From an uncultured Gemmatimonadales bacterium (GTDB lineage: Bacteria; Gemmatimonadota; Gemmatimonadetes; Longimicrobiales; Longimicrobiaceae), in assembly GCA_963716255.1 (NCBI GenBank), contig OY970303.1, positions 4,416,001 through 4,480,000 on the forward strand: DNA of 64,000 nucleotides, written 5' to 3'. This document shows, piece by piece, positions 59,449 to 64,000 of the stretch. The position numbers and the translations under genes were made by a program. Position 1 is the first letter of the stretch. Every line of letters begins with the position of its first letter. The notes under the pieces are model-generated. The model was given only the letters and a program-made list of their open reading frames with translations. It searched no databases and was not told the DNA's origin.

Positions 59449-60447
59449 TCACTGCACGACCACGCTCCCGTTCATCCCGCTGTGGCGGGTGCAGCTGTAG
59501 GGGTAGCTCCCCGCGGTGGAAAAGGTGCGCGACACGGTGCCCGAGCGGGTGTCCGGGATGTTCCCGCCCGCGGGGGCGGCGCCCTGGAAGGTGACGTTGT
59601 GCGTGGCTCCGGAGATCTCCCAGTTCACCGTGCCGCCCCGGGCGATGGTGACCGTGGCGGGGGAGAAGGAGGTGCCGGGGGTGGTGACCGTCGCCGTGCT
59701 CCCGGAGGGCGGCGGCGTCGCCGGGGGAGTGGCCGGCGGGGCCTGCTGGCCGGTGACGACGACCGTGCCGGTCTTTCCCTTGCTCTCGTGCCTGGCGCAC
59801 CGGTACGTGTAGGTGCCCGGGGTGGAAAAGGTGCGCGAGACGGAGACGCCCTCGTCGGTCTTGGGGATGTTCCCGCCGGCGGGCGCCGGGCCGGTCCAGG
59901 TGATGTCGTGCTCGTCGTCCACCATGCGCCAGGTGACCGTCCCTCCCGCCGCGATGGTGACCGCGGACGGGGAGAAGGCGTGGTCGCCGGCGTCCACCAG
60001 GGCGGTGCTCGGCGCGGCGGGCGGGGGAGTCGTGGGCGGCGTGCCCGGCGCTCCCGGCGCGGCGGCGGCGGTCACCAGCACCACGGCGCTGGCGGTCCGC
60101 GTGACCCCGGCGGCGACCAGCGTGGCGGTGATGGTCACCTCGCCCGCCGCCTTTGCCGTGACCATGCCGTCCGGCGTGACGGAGGCGCGGCCGGGGTCCC
60201 CGGAAACGAAGACCGGGGCCGGGAGCCCGGAGAGCGGGTTGCCGCTCCCGTCCGTGGCGACCCCGGAAAGGCGGGCCGTTCCCCCGACCGGGAGCGAGGT
60301 GGAGGGCGGGTCGATGCGGAGCGCGGCGACCGCGGGTCCCTCGGCCGGGGTGGTCACCGCCGCTCCTCCGCCCCCGCATCCCGAAAGGGCGAGGCAGGTG
60401 AGCAGGAGGGCTGTCGCCCGGGAGGTCGTGGATGCTGCGCTCGCCAT
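59449..60447 (-). CDS. Lipoprotein with an Ig-like (Big_2) domain and two cupredoxin domains
   Basis: LSGC lipobox; ASVTPDGMVTAKAAGEVTITA; HDI..YRCARHESKGK; HNV..YSCTRHSGM. Confidence 0.85.
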   Translation of the reverse strand: MASAASTTSRATALLLTCLALSGCGGGGAAVTTPAEGPAVAALRIDPPSTSLPVGGTARLSGVATDGSGNPLSGLPAPVFVSGDPGRASVTPDGMVTAKAAGEVTITATLVAAGVTRTASAVVLVTAAAAPGAPGTPPTTPPPAAPSTALVDAGDHAFSPSAVTIAAGGTVTWRMVDDEHDITWTGPAPAGGNIPKTDEGVSVSRTFSTPGTYTYRCARHESKGKTGTVVVTGQQAPPATPPATPPPSGSTATVTTPGTSFSPATVTIARGGTVNWEISGATHNVTFQGAAPAGGNIPDTRSGTVSRTFSTAGSYPYSCTRHSGMNGSVVVQ

Positions 60448-60904
60448 CTTCAACTCCTTGGTGCTGGCCGTGGCACGGGGATCGCGCGGGGAGGCCGGAC
60501 CGGCGGCCTTCCCGTGACGCCTCGCCGAAGGGCAACACGGGGGCCGGATCGACACGCAGGATGTTTTTTGCGCAAGTCCCTGATGCGCGGTGGTTTGTGG
60601 GATTCCCGGAATTCCTCCGGGCGGGTGGGCGGTCCGCGGCGATGTCTCGTAACGGGACATCCTGTTGCGTGCCGGGACAGGCGCACCCGGGAGGGCGATG
60701 GCGCAGACGCGCGGGGGCGAGCCCGCGGACGCCGTGCGCGCCTCCAGTCGGGGCCCCCGCCCCCGGCGGCGGACCGTGACGTGTACGTGTACGTGTACTT
60801 CGACGACGACGCACGGGTGCGCGCGCCCTTCGACGCGCTGCGCCCGGCGAAGCGGCCGGGGCCCTCAGGCCGCGGGCGCGCTCACCCTTCTTCCCATCCC
60901 GGGC

Positions 60905-61585
60905 ATGGAACCTCGCTCTGCGCTGCTCCTGGGCGCCACCGGCCTGGTCGGCGGCCACGTGCTGGACCTGCTGCTGGACGACCCCGCGTACGGGAGCGTG
61001 CTCGTGCTGGGCCGGCGAGCCGCTCCGCGCGAGCACCCCAAGCTGCGCCAGGAGGTCGTGGACTTCGACCGGCTGCGCGACTTCAGCGGGACCGTGCGGG
61101 CGCAGGACGTGTTCTGCTGCCTGGGCACCACCATCCGGGCCGCGGGCTCGCGCGAGGCGTTCCGCCGCGTGGACCTGGACTACCCGCGGGCGGTGGCGGA
61201 GGCGGCCGCGCGCAACGGCTCGGAGCGCTTCCTCCTGGTCACGGCGATGGGGGCGGACGCGAATTCGTCCGTGTTCTACAACCGGGTCAAGGGCGAGGTG
61301 GAGGACGCGGTGCGCACCCTACCCTTCCAGGAGGTGGCGATCCTGCGTCCCTCGCTCATCCTGGGGGAGCGCGCGGAGCGGCGGCCGGCGGAAGCCCTGG
61401 CGCAGCGCCTGGCGCCGCGGCTCGATCCGCTGCTGCGCGGGCCGCTGCGCAGGTACCGGGCGGTGCAGGCGGAGACGGTCGCGCGGGCGATGCTGCGGCT
61501 CGCGAAGTCCGGCGGGCGGGGCGTACGCATCGTGGAGTCGGATGGGATCCAGGCACTGGGGAGCGGAAATCTTGCCGACGGGTGA
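60905..61585 (+). CDS. NAD(P)-binding oxidoreductase (YraR/HTATIP2-like)
   Basis: GATGLVG, FCCLGTTI, VDLDYP, FYNRVKGEVE, RPSLILG. Confidence 0.92.
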   Translation: MEPRSALLLGATGLVGGHVLDLLLDDPAYGSVLVLGRRAAPREHPKLRQEVVDFDRLRDFSGTVRAQDVFCCLGTTIRAAGSREAFRRVDLDYPRAVAEAAARNGSERFLLVTAMGADANSSVFYNRVKGEVEDAVRTLPFQEVAILRPSLILGERAERRPAEALAQRLAPRLDPLLRGPLRRYRAVQAETVARAMLRLAKSGGRGVRIVESDGIQALGSGNLADG

Positions 61586-61629
61586 TCGTGGTTGTAATTT
61601 GTTGGTCGTGAACCGTTCGAGGAGAGACC

Positions 61630-61929
61630 ATGGACGAGCACAGGCCCGGGGGGAAGCCGAAAAAAGTCCGGGAGGCTCTGTTCGCCCCCGGCGCGGACGA
61701 GACGGTGGTGTCCGCGGCGGACTTCAAGACGCACTGCCTCCAGCTGATGGACCGGGTGCAGCGGGAGCGGACGGAGGTGGTGGTGACCCGCTACGGCCGC
61801 CCCGTGGCGCGGCTGGTGCCGTACGAGGCGGCGGAGGCGGTCTCCCCCTTCGGGGTGCTGCGGGGGACGGTCACCTTCCACGGCGACGTGGTGGAGCCCA
61901 CCGGCGAGGCGTGGGAAGCGGATGCCTGA
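61630..61929 (+). CDS. Phd/YefM family antitoxin
   Basis: VSAADFKTHCLQLMDRV...VVVTRYGRPVARLVP. Confidence 0.92.
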   Translation: MDEHRPGGKPKKVREALFAPGADETVVSAADFKTHCLQLMDRVQRERTEVVVTRYGRPVARLVPYEAAEAVSPFGVLRGTVTFHGDVVEPTGEAWEADA

Positions 61930-62356
61930 CCTCCCCGCCCGGATCCTCCTGGACACGCACGTCTGGCTCTGGACGGTGAGCGGCGAGGTGGACCGCATGG
62001 CGCCCGCCGCCGTGGAGCAGGTCCGCCGCGCCGCGGCCCGGGGGCGGCTGCTGGTGTCCGCGATCTCGGTGTGGGAGGTGGCGATGCTCCAGGCCAAGGG
62101 GCGGATCGGGCTCGCCCTGGAGCTGGAGGAGTGGGTGCGGCGGGGGCTCGCGGCGCCCGGGCTGCGGCTGGCCGAGCTGTCGCCGGAGGTGCTGGTGGAA
62201 AGCACGCGCCTTCCCGGCGAGGTGCACGGCGACCCCGCGGACCGCATGCTGATCGCCACGGCGCGCCGCCTGGGCGCCTCCCTGGCGACCCGTGACGGGT
62301 CGATCCTGTCGTATGCCCGCGGCGGCCACCTGGCCGTCCTGGACGCCACCCCGTAG
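61922..62356 (+). CDS. vapC: PIN-domain toxin
   Basis: ILLDTHVWLW, SAISVWE, HGDPADRMLIATA, TRD; overlaps the antitoxin. Confidence 0.93.
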   Translation: MPDLPARILLDTHVWLWTVSGEVDRMAPAAVEQVRRAAARGRLLVSAISVWEVAMLQAKGRIGLALELEEWVRRGLAAPGLRLAELSPEVLVESTRLPGEVHGDPADRMLIATARRLGASLATRDGSILSYARGGHLAVLDATP

Positions 62357-62404
62357 CGGCGCCGGCCGGCTCCCCGGCCGGCAGTGGAACCACCCCCTCC
62401 ACCC

Positions 62405-62533
62405 GCGTAAGGGATTTCGGCCCGAAGGGGCGAGACCGCGCGGCTGTTTGCGCGGGCTCGACTCCGTTGGGCTGCGTTGTTTGCAGCCCTACGGAGCCGA
62501 AGCCCGACCCCGGCGCCAGCCGGGGGCACGCCC
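62405..62533 (+). repeat. Structured repeat family 1, copy 7
   Basis: 129 bp. Confidence 0.95.
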
Positions 62534-62631
62534 GAACCACCAGTTCTGCAGTCCGTCTCCTTTCGTCACGGCACGACCCTTGTAAACCCCTTCACCCCTG
62601 AATCACTCTCAAGAGGGGGCAGGGAACAAGG

Positions 62632-64000
62632 ATGAGCACGACTGCGGACACGATCCGCCCCGCCGAGGACCGCCGCAACGTCACCACGGTCTTCATCGGC
62701 CTGATGCTGGGGATGCTGCTGGCGGCGGTGAGCCAGACCATCATCTCGCCAGCCATGCCGCGCATCGTGGCCGAGCTGGGCGGGATCGAGCACTACAGCT
62801 GGATCGCCGTGTCCACGCTGCTGGCCTCCACGGTGATCGTCCCCATCGTCGGCAAGCTTTCGGACCTGTACGGCCGCAAGGCGTTCTACGTGGCGGGGAT
62901 CCTGGTCTTCCTGGCCTCGTCGGTGATCGCGGGGATGGCGCGGGACTTCAACACCTTCATCGTGGCGCGCGTGGTGGAGGGGCTGGGGATGGGCACCATG
63001 ATGCCGCTCTCGCAGGCCATCATCGGCGACCTGATCCCGCCCCGGGAGCGCGGCAAGTACCAGGGGTACCTGGGAGGGGTGTTCGGGCTGGCGTCGGTGA
63101 TCGGCCCGCTGCTGGGCGGCTACATCACGGAGCACCTCACCTGGCGCTGGCTCTTCTTCGTGAACCTCCCGGTGGGGCTGGTGGCGCTGGGCTTCATCGT
63201 GCCCTTCATGCGGCTCCCGCACCAGCGGCGCCCCCACCGCATCGACTACGCGGGGTTCGTCACGCTGTCCGTGGGGCTCACGGCGACGCTGCTCGCCACC
63301 ACCTGGGGCGGGAGCACCTTTCCGTGGGCGTCGCCGCAGATCCTGGGATTGTACGCGCTGGGGGCGGTGTCCCTGGGGCTGTTCGTGTGGGCGGAGTCGC
63401 GCGCGGAGGAGCCGGTGATCCCGCTGCGGCTGTGGCGCAGCGGCATCTTCACCTTCTCCAACCTGGCCATCCTGTGCGTGGCCATGGCGATGTTCGGCTC
63501 CATCTACTTCATCCCGGTGTTCGTGCAGGGGGTGATCGGCGCCAGCGTGAGCCAGTCCGGGGCGGTGCTCACGCCCATGATGCTGTCGCTGGTGGTGATG
63601 AGCGCGGTGAACGGGCAGATCGTCTCGCGCACGGGGCGCTACAAGCTGCCGGTGCTGGTGGGGATCGCGCTGGTGGGGGTGGGCTTCTTCCTGCTCACGC
63701 GCATGGACCGGGAGACGGGGTACGGGGCCATCGTCCGCAACATGGTGCTGATCGGCGCGGGGCTGGGGATGGCGATGCAGACGTACGTGATCATCGTCCA
63801 GAACGCGGTGCGGCGGGAGGACCTGGGCGTGGCGACGGCGACCACGCAGCTCTTCCGCTCGGTGGGGTCCAGCGTGGGCGTGGCGGTGCTGGGGACGCTG
63901 ATGACGCAGGGGATGGCGCGGGAAGCGGCGCGGCACCTTTCGCCGGAGGTGCTGGGCGGGATGGCGGGGGGCGGCGAACTGGGCGCGGGATCCATCCTGG
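62632..64000 (+). CDS. MDR-type (DHA2, 14-TM) MFS transporter; 3' end runs off the window
   Basis: Absent from the ORF track; MSTTADT..., QTIISPAMP, GKLSDLYGRK, PPRERGKYQG, GPLLGG, WRWLFFVNLP, EPVIPLRL. Confidence 0.93.
   Translation, partial: MSTTADTIRPAEDRRNVTTVFIGLMLGMLLAAVSQTIISPAMPRIVAELGGIEHYSWIAVSTLLASTVIVPIVGKLSDLYGRKAFYVAGILVFLASSVIAGMARDFNTFIVARVVEGLGMGTMMPLSQAIIGDLIPPRERGKYQGYLGGVFGLASVIGPLLGGYITEHLTWRWLFFVNLPVGLVALGFIVPFMRLPHQRRPHRIDYAGFVTLSVGLTATLLATTWGGSTFPWASPQILGLYALGAVSLGLFVWAESRAEEPVIPLRLWRSGIFTFSNLAILCVAMAMFGSIYFIPVFVQGVIGASVSQSGAVLTPMMLSLVVMSAVNGQIVSRTGRYKLPVLVGIALVGVGFFLLTRMDRETGYGAIVRNMVLIGAGLGMAMQTYVIIVQNAVRREDLGVATATTQLFRSVGSSVGVAVLGTLMTQGMAREAARHLSPEVLGGMAGGGELGAGSIL

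Noticed and set aside
60776..60812. (GTGTAC)3 and (GAC)n micro-repeats
   Set aside because: Too short and isolated to support a function

Overview
High-GC bacterial chromosomal window; gene content (PadR plus ADOP permease, futalosine mqnB/mqnD, EF-G2, small lipoproteins, 6-bladed beta-propeller protein) suggests Gemmatimonadota, Longimicrobium-like (inference). About 50 CDS, left to right: partial low-GC TIR-NB-ARC-TPR gene; PadR/ADOP; aroK; an orphan GyrA/ParC-type subunit lacking the GyrA box; PLP decarboxylase; a divergent carotenoid glycoside/acyl-ester cluster with CarH-like 11-bp operators; LigD-Pol beside two single-strand-annealing-type proteins sharing a C-terminal domain; a TPR protein / short lipopeptide / AraC-like regulator module; a sigma54 two-component system with promoter and enhancer facing two Thr-rich lipoproteins; a Cys-rich peptide / beta-propeller / thioredoxin-like cassette; LpoB operon; FadJ/TetR; a peptidase-TolB-BamA protein; DeaD; a PYP-like PAS protein; mqnDB; EF-G2; a four-gene cupredoxin cluster; Phd-VapC; and a partial MFS gene. 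The strongest non-coding signal is two dispersed intergenic repeat families: family 1 (~129 bp, 6 full copies plus 1 partial, all on +, with compensatory stem changes) and family 2 (~150 bp, 4 copies). They share the hairpin module GAGAC-stem-GCDGTTT-stem-GGCTC. No rRNA, tRNA, CRISPR array or transposase was recognised. All calls come from reading motifs by eye; no database search was run.
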